Of a DNA stretch of 64,000 nucleotides, positions 1 to 10,134 are shown piece after piece. The position numbers and the translations under genes are program-made. Source of the DNA: an uncultured virus (IMG/VR IMGVR_UViG_3300012009_000259) (lineage: Duplodnaviria > Heunggongvirae > Uroviricota > Caudoviricetes); the IMG/VR virus record IMGVR_UViG_3300012009_000259; one strand, written 5' to 3'. Every line of letters begins with the position of its first letter. Within the stretch, counting starts at the first letter, position 1. The notes below the pieces were generated by a model. That model was not told the DNA's origin. It saw only the letters and a list, made by a program, of their open reading frames with translations, and searched no databases.

Positions 1-19
1 ATGATAGACGATATTAAAA

Positions 20-511
20 TCATGCAGGCGACCATCTCGCCCCCCGATAGAGGGCGATAGGCTCTCTTGCTGCTTTTCTTTCCCTATCTCTCGGTGAAGC
101 AAGAAACTTGTCTGCCTTTGTTATGCCCACGATATATCGTAAAAGCCCCCCCGTTACGACTTGTACCCTGAAGGGGACAGAACAAAGGTGCGCCAGTCCC
201 TTTCTGTATCCTACTTTAATGGCCTTCTCCATACATGCCCCCACCAAGAGCAAGGGGGTGTCTGATGCCGACCTTATCTTGTCAAAGGTACGGGGCATTC
301 CGTCCGAGACTTTTTGCGCAGTCTCCATCGCCTTGCCAGATAACATTCTATTCTTATGCGCACTTAAGGCACTTCTTTTGACTATGGATGTCCTGTTGGT
401 TATGTACTCTTTGTTGGCGAAAACATTGGCTCCGAATACATGCTCAACAGACATCGGAACATTAGTGATCTCTATAAGGTCTTCAATGCCTATTTTCTTT
501 GGGTGCCACAT
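20..511 (-). CDS. hypothetical protein
   Basis: 163-aa ORF with an AAGGAG RBS; last gene of a leftward run of five. Confidence 0.6.
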   Translation of the reverse strand: MWHPKKIGIEDLIEITNVPMSVEHVFGANVFANKEYITNRTSIVKRSALSAHKNRMLSGKAMETAQKVSDGMPRTFDKIRSASDTPLLLVGACMEKAIKVGYRKGLAHLCSVPFRVQVVTGGLLRYIVGITKADKFLASPRDRERKAAREPIALYRGARWSPA

Positions 512-536
512 CTAGTCTCCTTTGAGTGTATTTTAA

Positions 537-869
537 CTACTTGCCACTTTCACACATCTGCAACCTGCGTTTTAATTCTTGCAACTCTCTTTCCTTTTGT
601 TGTAGTTGCTTTTGACTTGCCTGCCGATAGGCAAGATAGACCAAGCATTCCGCCTGATGCAAGATGTTGTAATCCTCGTCAGCCTTCACAAAGTCCCCCT
701 CAGTCATGGTGCCATATCCCCATGCCGCCCATACCCTATTGCAATAGAGCAGGTCTTCTAAAACCCCAAGCGCAATGGCTCTAAAAACCTTCTTCATCGC
801 CAGGGTAAGAGAAGAGAAATCCTCTTGCAGGGCCTTCCATTCCGCAGAAGTCTTTGGCAATTTACTCAT
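537..869 (-). CDS. hypothetical protein with C-terminal coiled coil
   Basis: ATG at 869 follows AAAGGAG; ends QKQLQQKERELQELKRRLQ. Confidence 0.6.
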   Translation of the reverse strand: MSKLPKTSAEWKALQEDFSSLTLAMKKVFRAIALGVLEDLLYCNRVWAAWGYGTMTEGDFVKADEDYNILHQAECLVYLAYRQASQKQLQQKERELQELKRRLQMCESGK

Positions 870-903
870 GGTATTTCTCCTTTGTAGATATTTCGATAAC
901 TGT

Positions 904-1350
904 TTAAGGAACCACAGACAAAAGACGCACAATTAGCACATTTAGTCTAAGATTTGCCTTGGTGCGATCAGGGTTAATAACGATTGAGAGATCAAGGTCA
1001 GCCCCCCGCATCTCGTTATCGGTTGGCAGCTTATACGAGTCTGAGGGGTTGTATCTGCGGGCAAGGCTGATCGCAGTTTTAGCAACTTCGCATGGGTTAC
1101 GTTCTTCAATGTCTTTATATGGCACGTTTACAGAGAAGATGCTTCTAAATGGTATGGCAAAGGTGGGAGAGTTAATAGCATACGAATCCTCTAGAGCAAT
1201 GACTAGCTGTAGTATATCAAGGCCTTGTAGTCTTCTTTTCGCCACCCCCTCATCTACTTCCCTTAGAAAAGGTCTTCCTGATTTAGAGTGGTAGACAATG
1301 CGCTGCCATTTGTCTTTTTCTGCGGAGTCCATGATCTGCCTTATCAACAT
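904..1350 (-). CDS. hypothetical protein, paralog of 1633..2109
   Basis: IPFRSIFSVNVPY..ISLAR..PTDNEMRGADLDLSIVINP aligns with VPFCSIFSITVPY..VSLAR..PTETEVKGVDFSMSLVVPP. Confidence 0.75.
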   Translation of the reverse strand: MLIRQIMDSAEKDKWQRIVYHSKSGRPFLREVDEGVAKRRLQGLDILQLVIALEDSYAINSPTFAIPFRSIFSVNVPYKDIEERNPCEVAKTAISLARRYNPSDSYKLPTDNEMRGADLDLSIVINPDRTKANLRLNVLIVRLLSVVP

Positions 1351-1640
1351 AAGCGCCCCCTGTTATTCCCACTATCAACTAGAATATATCGGCTCTGTCG
1401 TACTGCTCTTAGGATATGATGCACTTTCTCCATCGGTGCGTATAACTCTTCTGCTGTAGGTTCAGCAACAATACCATAAGGGCGGTGGCCTCTTTGTGAG
1501 AGCATCTTGACCTCTTTAGGGGGGATCGAGAGATTGCAATGGGCCAACACGGCCATGAACCCTTTGGTGTAGCGGTTGATGTAGGGGCCATCTGATGTCT
1601 CCATCGCCCTGCTACATATATCAGTAGGTCGTTTAAGCAT
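1344..1640 (-). CDS. hypothetical protein
   Basis: 98-aa ORF overlapping both neighbours; GGAGG RBS. Confidence 0.6.
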   Translation of the reverse strand: MLKRPTDICSRAMETSDGPYINRYTKGFMAVLAHCNLSIPPKEVKMLSQRGHRPYGIVAEPTAEELYAPMEKVHHILRAVRQSRYILVDSGNNRGRLC

Positions 1641-2109
1641 GTTTCCTCCTTGGGGATATAGACAATACTCGCTCGAACGTTATGCTCAGGTGTACGCCTA
1701 CCTCTTTTCGATGAGGCGGCACAACAAGGGACATGCTAAAGTCTACCCCTTTCACCTCTGTCTCGGTGGGGAACCTCACCTTCTCTTCCCTATTTTTACA
1801 GCCATCTCTTGCGAGACTAACGCAGTATTCTAGAACACCACGCACATCTTTTTCTATTATGAGTCTATACGGCACTGTGATAGAAAAGATACTACAAAAG
1901 GGAACTTTTATATAGGCTGTATAGATGGCGTATTCTGCCCCCTGCTTCACTATCAGTCTTGACCAGTTAGCCCCAGGATGTTCTTCTAGATCCTCGCCAC
2001 CACTGGCGGTATCCACAGATAACTTATTCGTGTTGCTTTGATAATTAACATGCACCCACTTATCTCCTTGGGTGCCATATCTGCTTACAAGTCTACCTAT
2101 CGTTTCCAT
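1633..2109 (-). CDS. hypothetical protein, paralog of 904..1350
   Basis: Shared C-terminal domain; GGGAGG RBS and upstream TATAAT. Confidence 0.75.
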   Translation of the reverse strand: METIGRLVSRYGTQGDKWVHVNYQSNTNKLSVDTASGGEDLEEHPGANWSRLIVKQGAEYAIYTAYIKVPFCSIFSITVPYRLIIEKDVRGVLEYCVSLARDGCKNREEKVRFPTETEVKGVDFSMSLVVPPHRKEVGVHLSITFERVLSISPRRKHA

Positions 2110-2253
2110 CTCTCCTCCCTATCTGTCTCTATTCACTACATTATACTTATAGGCTTTCCTTAGCCGTCATTATACGCAGATATACCAATAGGCGTTTCAT
2201 TAACACCCAAAGTACCCCCTGCGCAGTATAATGGGATAAAAAGGAGAAGAGAT

Positions 2254-2625
2254 ATGAGGAGAGTAATAGGTTCCCTATTTATTTATACGGGCCATGTACC
2301 AGGCGAAATGGCTATATGTGCTAAGTGTGGAACCGTAAAAGAATCGCCACACCGATCAGTGAACATGGCAGGATGGTATGCCCATAAGGACGGAGAAAGA
2401 GTTACAGATCGCCTCTGTCCAGATTGCGGCAAGCGATTAGCCGAGCAATTGCGAGCAGAGCAAGTTAAGCAGATGAGAGGGGTCAAAAATGACACCCTCC
2501 TGGAAAGGTATTTAACTGAGGTCTCCATGATTCAGGGGGGGTACGGGGATCATGCTTCCGTGGGAGAAGTAGACGTATTGCGACAGGTGATTCTCCACAG
2601 GATGAGACACGGAACCAAGCAGTAA
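2254..2625 (+). CDS. Zn-finger-containing hypothetical protein
   Basis: CAKC...CPDC; AAGGAG RBS; ACACCC-N18-TATAAT at 2203-2232. Confidence 0.7.
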   Translation: MRRVIGSLFIYTGHVPGEMAICAKCGTVKESPHRSVNMAGWYAHKDGERVTDRLCPDCGKRLAEQLRAEQVKQMRGVKNDTLLERYLTEVSMIQGGYGDHASVGEVDVLRQVILHRMRHGTKQ

Positions 2626-2640
2626 TTAGACAGTGGCCTA

Positions 2641-2669
2641 ACACCCACCACTGCCTCTTGCGGTATAAT
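2641..2669 (+). promoter_or_regulatory. element-type promoter ACACCC-N17-TATAAT
   Basis: Exact motif upstream of the RBS and GTG of 2689. Confidence 0.75.
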
Positions 2670-2688
2670 ACAAAAAAGGAGGAAGGCT

Positions 2689-2952
2689 GTGGGATTCTGG
2701 AATTCTGTAAACTGGGATTGGGAAACAGGTGTCTGCACCAAACACAAATTGCCGCAAGTTCCTTGCCCCGCCTGCCTGTCAGAGATCGCAACCGACCCTG
2801 ACGCATTCTATGTGGTTAGCGAGATGGAGGCAGAGGCTGCCGCGATGACCCCACGTGATAGGGGTGTGACGGTTCCCAAAGAGTATAACCCTGACACGCA
2901 TGGCCCTGTTCGCATCGGGAGACGTATTATGGAACATACGCACCTGGTTTAG
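2689..2952 (+). CDS. small Cys/His-rich hypothetical protein
   Basis: CTKH..PCPAC; AGGAGG RBS. Confidence 0.65.
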   Translation: MGFWNSVNWDWETGVCTKHKLPQVPCPACLSEIATDPDAFYVVSEMEAEAAAMTPRDRGVTVPKEYNPDTHGPVRIGRRIMEHTHLV

Positions 2953-3039
2953 TGGGCCGGCTAGATCTACATGACTACATTAAGAAAAGAGTACAGTTCC
3001 AAGGACGGAGCCCAGGTAATTGAGATCGTTGACACTTAG

Positions 3040-3387
3040 ATGGGCTTTAAGTTCGTCTACTACAATCTGTGTATCAAACCTGCGTATGCCACCCTTATCA
3101 TGGAAGTGGCAGAATATACAGACACCGTGAAGGATTGTGTAGACACTATGGCTCTTTTATCAGAGGCACGTAGATCACAAGGAGCCGTAATCAGTGACGC
3201 TTTTGGACAAGGGCAACTCTTGTTTTCCCAAAAAGACTTTGATAGACTGTTGGGCTTCTTCCGCAAGGAGCGCCCCTTCCTGTATCTGTCAGAAAAGAAC
3301 CTGTCGGATAATTTGAGTAGAACAACCAACGACAAAAGCCCTCCGCGTTGGGACTACCCTGCTCCTATAAAAAACACATCTACATAA
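3040..3387 (+). CDS. hypothetical protein
   Basis: 115-aa ORF; weak RBS. Confidence 0.5.
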   Translation: MGFKFVYYNLCIKPAYATLIMEVAEYTDTVKDCVDTMALLSEARRSQGAVISDAFGQGQLLFSQKDFDRLLGFFRKERPFLYLSEKNLSDNLSRTTNDKSPPRWDYPAPIKNTST

Positions 3388-4019
3388 CTAGCGTCTTTGT
3401 TTTTAGTACATAAAACGGGTAGTCCTCCCAGGGTATTCTCTTCGACGTACCTCATCGCTCCCATAATAGCCCCTTGTACAGATTCCCCGCTTAGCGCATC
3501 AGAAGACTCCAGGTATGTAGCAGCCCTTATCGCCAAAAGGTAGCACGACTTGCTGACATACAGGTCGTACTCTCTTGCTCCAAAGGTGTTGCACATCCAG
3601 CGTTGGTGTTGATAGTCACCAGTTGTAAACATAAAGGATAGTCGCCGTTTGCCTGTCTCGATGGCGTGAGTCCAGGAAGACGCCCCCCATTTGTCAGCAA
3701 CTCTCATAGCCTCTTTTTTGGCTCTCTCAACAATAAGTGGAGTCCCCTTTGGGGCTACTACTTCCACTATGACCTCGTTCCATTTGTCGAGCACCACTTG
3801 CTTGCATCCTCGCTTTAGAAAGATTTCGCAATTCGCTCCGCATCCTCCTGATATGCCAATTTTATCACAACTGCCACATACAGGGGCCTGCTCTTCGTAT
3901 TTTACTAATGCAGTCTTTATCAGATTAGGGGGAAGGATTCGTAGCCCATCGTGTTGTGATCTACCATCACTCCCCCATAACGTCTTGATAAAGTACTGCG
4001 AAGTTGCCGATCTCCCCAT
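3354..4019 (-). CDS. hypothetical protein with Cys cluster
   Basis: Likely start MGRSAT after GAGGG; CGSC..CGANC..C. Confidence 0.6.
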   Translation of the reverse strand: MGRSATSQYFIKTLWGSDGRSQHDGLRILPPNLIKTALVKYEEQAPVCGSCDKIGISGGCGANCEIFLKRGCKQVVLDKWNEVIVEVVAPKGTPLIVERAKKEAMRVADKWGASSWTHAIETGKRRLSFMFTTGDYQHQRWMCNTFGAREYDLYVSKSCYLLAIRAATYLESSDALSGESVQGAIMGAMRYVEENTLGGLPVLCTKNKDASYVDVFFIGAG

Positions 4020-4127
4020 GTCTACCCTCCCTCGCATATTAGCGATAAACACATTTACTGATGTATTGTACCTTGCGCCTTTAACCTCCCTGTATAATAA
4101 AAAAACAAAGAGAGGGGAGGTAGAGAG

Positions 4128-4934
4128 ATGAGTATAGTAGAGCAGTATGTCCGTAGATACGTTAATGCACAAAAGGCGTGGGGTTCTCCAGGGATTAGCA
4201 CTAAGAGGTACGAAGAGGGTCTCCTTTTGAGGTATAGCACAGAAGCAAGGGGTGGTGCAGAAGTAACATGGCGGGTCGTTAAGGATGCGACAGAGCCTTG
4301 GCTAAAGAGCGCGGCAATAAGAGACTTCTGCACAATTGCGAACCACAAGCGAGAGGTGAAGTTCTTTGTGGAGGGGTATGAGTGTGTTACCAGGATGTCT
4401 CTTTGCAATTCTTCGCCTATTTTTCTCGTATATAGCAAGCACTATGTAGATGGGCAATCAACAAAAGCGGGGAACCGATTTAGAGACAAGATCGAAGGAA
4501 AAGAAACCTTGTCAGTCAGAGACGTTTTAGGGGCTATGCCTTTTCCAGGTCAATCAGAGCGCGGCATGGTGATTAGCGCACACCTGTCCCACGACAAGGT
4601 TAAGTCCTCTAATGCCCTCTCCAATAGTCTGCTTAGAAAAGAGGGAAAAAAGGTAAGGGTATATCCCTTTTTCTCTTTTAGCAAAATCCTCGAAAGGGTA
4701 AAGTTCTGGCAAGTACAGAGTGACCCCCGACAACTATTCCACTTCAACGGGGCCGAAAGAGTTGCGCTTTTTCTCGCAGACGACAAGGAATTGGAGCGCA
4801 GTCGCTTAGCTGGAGAGTATGGGAATATCGCTGTCTGCGGTGATAAAATCAACCCTCTCACCGAATGGGTTGAGGCAGAACCTTATCCCGTATCTAACAT
4901 GGAAAGCCTAGAGAGGTTAATAGCGGCCATTTAG
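4128..4934 (+). CDS. hypothetical protein
   Basis: 268-aa ORF; GGAGG RBS; TATAAT at 4094. Confidence 0.7.
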   Translation: MSIVEQYVRRYVNAQKAWGSPGISTKRYEEGLLLRYSTEARGGAEVTWRVVKDATEPWLKSAAIRDFCTIANHKREVKFFVEGYECVTRMSLCNSSPIFLVYSKHYVDGQSTKAGNRFRDKIEGKETLSVRDVLGAMPFPGQSERGMVISAHLSHDKVKSSNALSNSLLRKEGKKVRVYPFFSFSKILERVKFWQVQSDPRQLFHFNGAERVALFLADDKELERSRLAGEYGNIAVCGDKINPLTEWVEAEPYPVSNMESLERLIAAI

Positions 4935-4948
4935 GGAAGAGGGATGTC

Positions 4949-5143
4949 TCAGGCATATTCCTGATCCGCGACAGTGGCCGTTATTGCTCCTGGGGTGAGC
5001 CCACGCAGGTAGAGTTTCGCAATTCCTTTCTTCGCATCTCCCTCTTGTCGCGGTAAGTCTATGTCCAGATTACCAGATACATTGTCGCTGTTGTCCTTCG
5101 GGTACAGCCTAAAGGTTATGCCTTCCCCCACAAAGGGTTTCAC
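4949..5143 (-). CDS. hypothetical protein
   Basis: 64-aa ORF overlapping the upstream lipoprotein gene. Confidence 0.4.
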   Translation of the reverse strand: MKPFVGEGITFRLYPKDNSDNVSGNLDIDLPRQEGDAKKGIAKLYLRGLTPGAITATVADQEYA

Positions 5144-5354
5144 GGCATGCAGCCTTCATTTCACATTGTAGAATTTCACCTCCACCATTATCCTCACAGA
5201 TGGTCACCCTATAGCAAGTATCTAGGGTTATATCATATTCCCCCACCTTTTTTGTGTTGGGGTCAGACTGTGAGGGGAGTCTTTCGTAATCTCTTTCATC
5301 ACATGCCGACAAAAGCAGAGTCATTGCCAATAAAACGACTAATAGCTTATACAT
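5109..5354 (-). CDS. small lipoprotein
   Basis: Signal peptide with lipobox LSA-C. Confidence 0.65.
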   Translation of the reverse strand: MYKLLVVLLAMTLLLSACDERDYERLPSQSDPNTKKVGEYDITLDTCYRVTICEDNGGGEILQCEMKAACRETLCGGRHNL

Positions 5355-5584
5355 TACGCATCTCCATTTCCGCGACTATCAATCCATGCTTGCGCATCCT
5401 CTCTTGTAATGATGTACGAGCCTGATGTCTTGGTGGATTTAATAACTCCCTTCTGGCACAACTCGCAAACCCAGGCAGCGGTAAGTTTTTTTACAGCTCT
5501 TGCTAGCCCCGAAGCCGAGTAGTATGGTTGGTCAAGAGCCACCTCCCCCAAGTTATGTTTGCGCTTGTCCCTCATTCTTCGCAC
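5354..5584 (-). CDS. excisionase/MerR-like HTH (HTH_17-type) DNA-binding protein
   Basis: YYSASGLARAV..WVCELCQKGVIKSTKTSGSYIITREDAQAWI pattern. Confidence 0.65.
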   Translation of the reverse strand: MRRMRDKRKHNLGEVALDQPYYSASGLARAVKKLTAAWVCELCQKGVIKSTKTSGSYIITREDAQAWIDSRGNGDA

Positions 5585-5646
5585 CCCTCTATCCTCAGTG
5601 GGTAAACATAATCAGAGCATTATACAAGGTGCGAGTGTGATAAGTG

Positions 5647-6399
5647 TTATGCTTTAGCGTACTCTTCTTTTGCTACTTCATGCAACACACTATTGGCGCT
5701 CTCTAGGGGGGTTGAGCATGTACCTCTTTCTATTTCTTCCTGTGCAGCCTCAAGAGAGCCAGTGATTATACAATCCCCTACCCTACTATGCGAGAAACCA
5801 GGAATATACACCACAGATATTTTGCTCATTGTAAACAACTCTCCGGTGACATAGCCAGGCCTGCTACAGTTAATCCATCTGGAGAAGGCAAAAGGTAGAA
5901 GAAATAGCGTTACCCTGCCCCCAAGAATCCCCGCTTGCAATTTGCTTCTCGCAATCCTCTTGTCCCAATTTGCGACAAGTCTTGTGTGGACTATACCCCC
6001 TAGGTCATTCTCAGCCCAACGAAGAATATCGCTTGTTCGTGCTATATCGCCGCCAAACCTTTCTCTGTATTGTTTGCCGCAGTTATGAAGCCCAAGTGTG
6101 GTGTCTAATTTGTGGAAACAGCCTGTATCGCCCCTAAACAGAGAAGTCTTAAACTCTCCTTTATCGGTTGCGATAAAGACCTGGATTTGCCAACCCAAAT
6201 CCCCAACATATAGGCCAACTGCGTTATCTACCAATACCCCCTTCGTAAGCCAATTGCGTATAGGGGTTGTGTTAAAAGATAAGTTGTTCGTCCTTTCTTC
6301 GCCATAAAAGGCAAAGGGTTTAATGCCAGGAATGAGTCTTGGTTTGCTAGTAAGACCATGCCTTGCAGCCTGTAACTTCTTCTCGATCTCTGCCTTCAC
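5647..6399 (-). CDS. hypothetical protein
   Basis: GTG start after AGGAGG; ~250 aa. Confidence 0.65.
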   Translation of the reverse strand: MKAEIEKKLQAARHGLTSKPRLIPGIKPFAFYGEERTNNLSFNTTPIRNWLTKGVLVDNAVGLYVGDLGWQIQVFIATDKGEFKTSLFRGDTGCFHKLDTTLGLHNCGKQYRERFGGDIARTSDILRWAENDLGGIVHTRLVANWDKRIARSKLQAGILGGRVTLFLLPFAFSRWINCSRPGYVTGELFTMSKISVVYIPGFSHSRVGDCIITGSLEAAQEEIERGTCSTPLESANSVLHEVAKEEYAKA

Positions 6400-6402
6400 T
6401 AC

Positions 6403-6431
6403 GCACCTCCTAAGCCTTGTTTTTGTATAAT
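6403..6431 (+). promoter_or_regulatory. element-type promoter GCACCT-N17-TATAAT
   Basis: Exact motif upstream of 6476. Confidence 0.7.
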
Positions 6432-6475
6432 ATAATACGCAAGGTACAAAACTATAATCAGTTATTAAGGGGGGC

Positions 6476-6967
6476 ATGATGGGAGCACCTATTAAGATCA
6501 AGGCTCAAAGCGTAGATGTGTATATGGAAGTATGCGACCCAGATACTCACAATCTTTTTGAGGAGCGTGCAAGAGTTACCCTACACTCTCAAGGTAATGA
6601 GAGGATATACTTCTCTTTTGCTGGCGAGAAAGGCGTTTTTGCGGGGGTTCAGTTCCGCCTGGAGGAAGAGGATATGTTGCGTGGGGTCTTATCTCCACCA
6701 ATGGCAGACAACATGGGTATATCTTTCAACAAAGACGAGATGAAGGTTATGTGGGGAAGAAGAGCTGCCACAAAGACCCAAAGGGTAGAGACAAATACCC
6801 CAGTAATCGTAAGTGATGAAGATGGGTATGAAGACAGGGCTGTCCCTTCATTGAGAAACGTCGATGAGAAGGAGAAAGTATACTGGATAGCAGCAGCATC
6901 TTACGCACTTCTCTGTGTAGAGCAGATGGTCAGGGATGACATTGATGTCCCTGGCTTGAATGTATAG
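6476..6967 (+). CDS. hypothetical protein
   Basis: 163-aa ORF with promoter and RBS. Confidence 0.7.
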   Translation: MMGAPIKIKAQSVDVYMEVCDPDTHNLFEERARVTLHSQGNERIYFSFAGEKGVFAGVQFRLEEEDMLRGVLSPPMADNMGISFNKDEMKVMWGRRAATKTQRVETNTPVIVSDEDGYEDRAVPSLRNVDEKEKVYWIAAASYALLCVEQMVRDDIDVPGLNV

Positions 6968-6984
6968 ACAGCAGGGGGGATGAC

Positions 6985-7395
6985 ATGGGCAGAACCGTAA
7001 AGAAATATGGAGACACAAGAGTTGGTTATTTCCCGCACCTCCGCAAATACATACCCAAGGCACTATCACCTGCGGGTAAAACCGAGGTGGCGAAAAGGGA
7101 GCATTATAGAGTATAGCACAACGTCACTGTGGGGCTTAGTGAACCACTAAAAGAACTACCGCGAAATAGTGTTAATGGTTTGTATGTCAACGCCTCGACT
7201 AACTATATCATTACGCAGGGAATTAGGGTGTCGTTCAGGAAGACGCCCAAAGTAGGGGATAGAGTGTTGCATTTAACAATTAACCTGGTAATGAATGAGA
7301 GAGGCATTTCATTCGAGAAGCACACCGACTCTTTTCTTAAGGAGTCTCTAGACAATTTAGGGTACCGACTCGCCCAGGGCGTGTGTTTAATATAA
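6985..7395 (+). pseudogene. probable gene interrupted by an in-frame TAG at 7114-7116
   Basis: ATG at 6985 after a GGGGGA RBS is in frame with ORF 7129..7395, with a single internal stop. Confidence 0.5.
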
Positions 7396-7400
7396 TAAGG

Positions 7401-7465
7401 TTAATGGGGGGCATTTTTGAAAAATTGTTTCAACCATAACCTTTATTCCTGAAATGCTCCCACCG
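7401..7465. repeat. degenerate copy 1 of the dispersed G-rich palindrome
   Basis: ATGGGGGGCATTTTTGAAAA...TTCCTGAAATGCTCCCAC resembles the inner arms of the other copies. Confidence 0.5.
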
Positions 7466-7511
7466 AAGATAATGCTATCTAAGCATTAGGGTATATATCT
7501 TAAAAGGAAGA

Positions 7512-7904
7512 ATGAGAATGATGAAAATATCTAAGTTTGGTGACTTCTTTGATTTTGAGGCCCCAGACCCTATAAACTTTTACCCTTTTGAGGCTCGCTG
7601 TGTTGCGGCGAAATTTTATCCAGAAAGGTTCCCCTATTTTCTAAATCTGGGGCATAATGTGGTCAGTTACTTATTCTCTCGACCAGTGGGGTCGTCTATC
7701 CCCAGACAGATTAGGGCAGGGGCTCTTGATCTGTATATGCCTGAGAGGTGGTTAGCCATCAAGGAAAGAAGAGAACTCATGAGTAGGATTACACGTCTCC
7801 ACAACGACAATCACCCATTACAGCGTGTTAATGTCCTTACGACAGATGCTGTAATCGTTAGTGACTTCCTTCGGGATATGGTTTCCATTGTAGACATAGA
7901 CTAG
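7512..7904 (+). CDS. hypothetical protein, possible degenerate ABC/OLD-type ATPase C-terminal fragment
   Basis: LYMPERWL..ERRELM..VNVLTTDAVIVSD resembles the EEPExxLHP...IITTHSP region; no Walker A. Confidence 0.45.
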   Translation: MRMMKISKFGDFFDFEAPDPINFYPFEARCVAAKFYPERFPYFLNLGHNVVSYLFSRPVGSSIPRQIRAGALDLYMPERWLAIKERRELMSRITRLHNDNHPLQRVNVLTTDAVIVSDFLRDMVSIVDID

Positions 7905-7987
7905 TAGCATCTTGCTATACCGGTTAGCCACCAAACAGTCTCCTGCTGCCAGTGTGGGGGAGGAGACTAGAACAAAAGGAGACAGTG

Positions 7988-8164
7988 ATGAGAGAAGTAA
8001 AGAAGGACTTTGCTGAAGAATCAGTTCTATGTCCACATTGCGGAAGCGACCTTACTATAGTTGGTGAAGTTCTTGACCAGCAGCCGATGACCAGTCGATT
8101 GGGGCGCGTCCGAAGGATATGGCGCTGCGGGAGATGTAAAAAACGCAGCGAAGAAGGGTTATAG
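7988..8164 (+). CDS. zinc-ribbon protein
   Basis: CPHCG...WRCGRC; AAGGAG RBS. Confidence 0.6.
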   Translation: MREVKKDFAEESVLCPHCGSDLTIVGEVLDQQPMTSRLGRVRRIWRCGRCKKRSEEGL

Positions 8165-8191
8165 CATAACGCCCGCTACTAACAGAACTTA

Positions 8192-8791
8192 GTGGGGGTT
8201 TGGAAAAGTATTTCAGCGCAGATAGGCGCAGATACCGAAGCGCATCAGGGGCTATTAACGGTCAATTCGATGATGAGGCGTATCGGTTGGTCAAGTAGTA
8301 CCAAGAGAGATAGTCGCAACGATGGATTCACTGGAAATGAGGAGGCAGTCATGGGAAGCGGAATACAAACAGTAAAAAAGTTGGAGATCAAAACACCGAA
8401 AGGGGCACGGACGGTTTATATAGGATACTCATGGAGCAGTGCGGGGAGGATGCCCCACAATCGCAAACTTTTCCCCTACATCATCTATATGTTTCATGAC
8501 GAGATGACCGATGCAATAGCTCGTTTGATAGATGACGAAATTGACTACCTATCTGAGGAAACAGGAATGCCCGTGCTCAGATATACTAAAGACAGTATCA
8601 GAGAGAAACCGCTGGCAAATATAGATGAGGTTGTCTCACTCGTTATGCGGGCAGACCCAGACATATATGAGACCATTGAAATCGCAGCGTTTGGTTATAC
8701 TGGACACCGATCAATGGCACAACGAGTGGTAAGGAGAGTTTTACAACAATCTCCCAAATATAGCCAAAGACTCCAAAGATCACAACCATAG
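8192..8791 (+). CDS. hypothetical protein
   Basis: ORF; true start probably ATG 8351 after GAGGAGG. Confidence 0.6.
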   Translation: MGVWKSISAQIGADTEAHQGLLTVNSMMRRIGWSSSTKRDSRNDGFTGNEEAVMGSGIQTVKKLEIKTPKGARTVYIGYSWSSAGRMPHNRKLFPYIIYMFHDEMTDAIARLIDDEIDYLSEETGMPVLRYTKDSIREKPLANIDEVVSLVMRADPDIYETIEIAAFGYTGHRSMAQRVVRRVLQQSPKYSQRLQRSQP

Positions 8792-8834
8792 AGTCAATCT
8801 AAGGCGGCTTAGTGCATAGGTTGTGCCCTTGCCT

Positions 8835-9494
8835 CTATGCGCTAAGCCTAACGGTTTGGTTTTCCGAGTCTACACAGACACGAATCTCATTCGCAACCCA
8901 CATCTTGTGGAATTCGCTGCGAGTGAGTCGTTGTACTATCTTCATTCGTGCTGACGGTGTTAGCATAACTCTACCAGTTGCAGTATTGAAGAGCCAGCCC
9001 TTGCCTTCCCCTTTGTATGTTACCAGTAGGTCATATAGGGTGGGAGAACCTCTTGTGCGGGCTAAATCTTCTATTATGTCCAATTGATCTCGATAGGTCT
9101 TTACACTGCCTAATACACGAAAGAGGGCGCTTGCTGAGGGTGTCTCGTTGGTGGGGACAAACGGGACTGTTATGCCTCTTAGTGTGTCACGGTTGGCGTC
9201 ACGGTAGGCTCGCTTGAGAACCCATGCACTCTGATCATCCCAACGACATAAATAGAGAAAACGTTCTACCAAGGCAGTAGCCTCTTGAGTCAGAGGCTTA
9301 ATGTATCTGTAGGACTCTCCCAGAAGAAGCCCCCATGATCTAGCGTGCGAGAACAACAGTTTGGCTTCATCATGTTTCCTGTCATAGATGGGGGGGCAAT
9401 CTATATTCATCCATTTTGGAGCCTTACGCTTCAGTGTTAAGTCCTGCTCTTGCCCCCTGTTGTCTTCATAAAAGAAACGAGTGCTTGACATCAT
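8835..9494 (-). CDS. hypothetical protein
   Basis: 219 aa; AAGGAGG RBS; TATAAT upstream. Confidence 0.7.
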   Translation of the reverse strand: MMSSTRFFYEDNRGQEQDLTLKRKAPKWMNIDCPPIYDRKHDEAKLLFSHARSWGLLLGESYRYIKPLTQEATALVERFLYLCRWDDQSAWVLKRAYRDANRDTLRGITVPFVPTNETPSASALFRVLGSVKTYRDQLDIIEDLARTRGSPTLYDLLVTYKGEGKGWLFNTATGRVMLTPSARMKIVQRLTRSEFHKMWVANEIRVCVDSENQTVRLSA

Positions 9495-9587
9495 ACCTCC
9501 TTTTTGTCTGTATGATATTATACGAAGATAGGGGGTGTTTCCCTTTTTGCGTATAATAGAATGTGTTCTTTAGAAAAGGAGGCGCGC

Positions 9588-10067
9588 ATGTCGGAGGTTG
9601 AATGGATAGCTTTGTGTGTAAGAAATGTAAGACATCAAGCGTTTAATGCCCCTATTACCGCAATCGGGAGTACGGTAGTAGGGCGGGGTGGTCAGAGCGT
9701 GGGGCATCCCTGCTCTATAGACTACTTTGATGTTTTGAGCGTTCTTGACTCGGAGTGGCAATGCCATATCTGCCATAGCAATGTCATACCTGCAAGTAGG
9801 GTGGAGGAAGGTGTATTCTTGGTGGGGAGAATCCTTGACTGCAAGATTCCAGAGAACAGGTTAGCGCACCACGCAGTAGTAACCGTACAGCCCAACCTTA
9901 GGGGTGCTAAACCTGTTGAGATAAAAGTTCACAACTATAGCCCCCCCGCTCCACCACCAGTAGACACATTACGCAAGATGGAGGGGGCAATAAAGAACGG
10001 AGGGGTGAATGCAAGACTGCTATTCCACGAGGGTTACGGAGGGTATAAAGTCTTATGTGAGGCGTGA
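9588..10067 (+). CDS. hypothetical protein
   Basis: ATG after AAGGAGG; CHIC motif. Confidence 0.65.
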   Translation: MSEVEWIALCVRNVRHQAFNAPITAIGSTVVGRGGQSVGHPCSIDYFDVLSVLDSEWQCHICHSNVIPASRVEEGVFLVGRILDCKIPENRLAHHAVVTVQPNLRGAKPVEIKVHNYSPPAPPPVDTLRKMEGAIKNGGVNARLLFHEGYGGYKVLCEA

Positions 10068-10134
10068 GGGTGTTGGGTGTATAGAGCAATAATCGGGCTA
10101 TACACCCATAGGGGCAGGGGAACCTATAGGTGGG

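Noticed and set aside
2950..3039. TAG recoding (three in-frame TAGs link ORFs 2689 and 3040; another at 7114)
   Set aside because: TAG, TGA and TAA all terminate clear genes followed by an RBS (e.g. 23620, 23794, 24131, 33608). Long genes have no internal stops, and stop-start abutment is common here.
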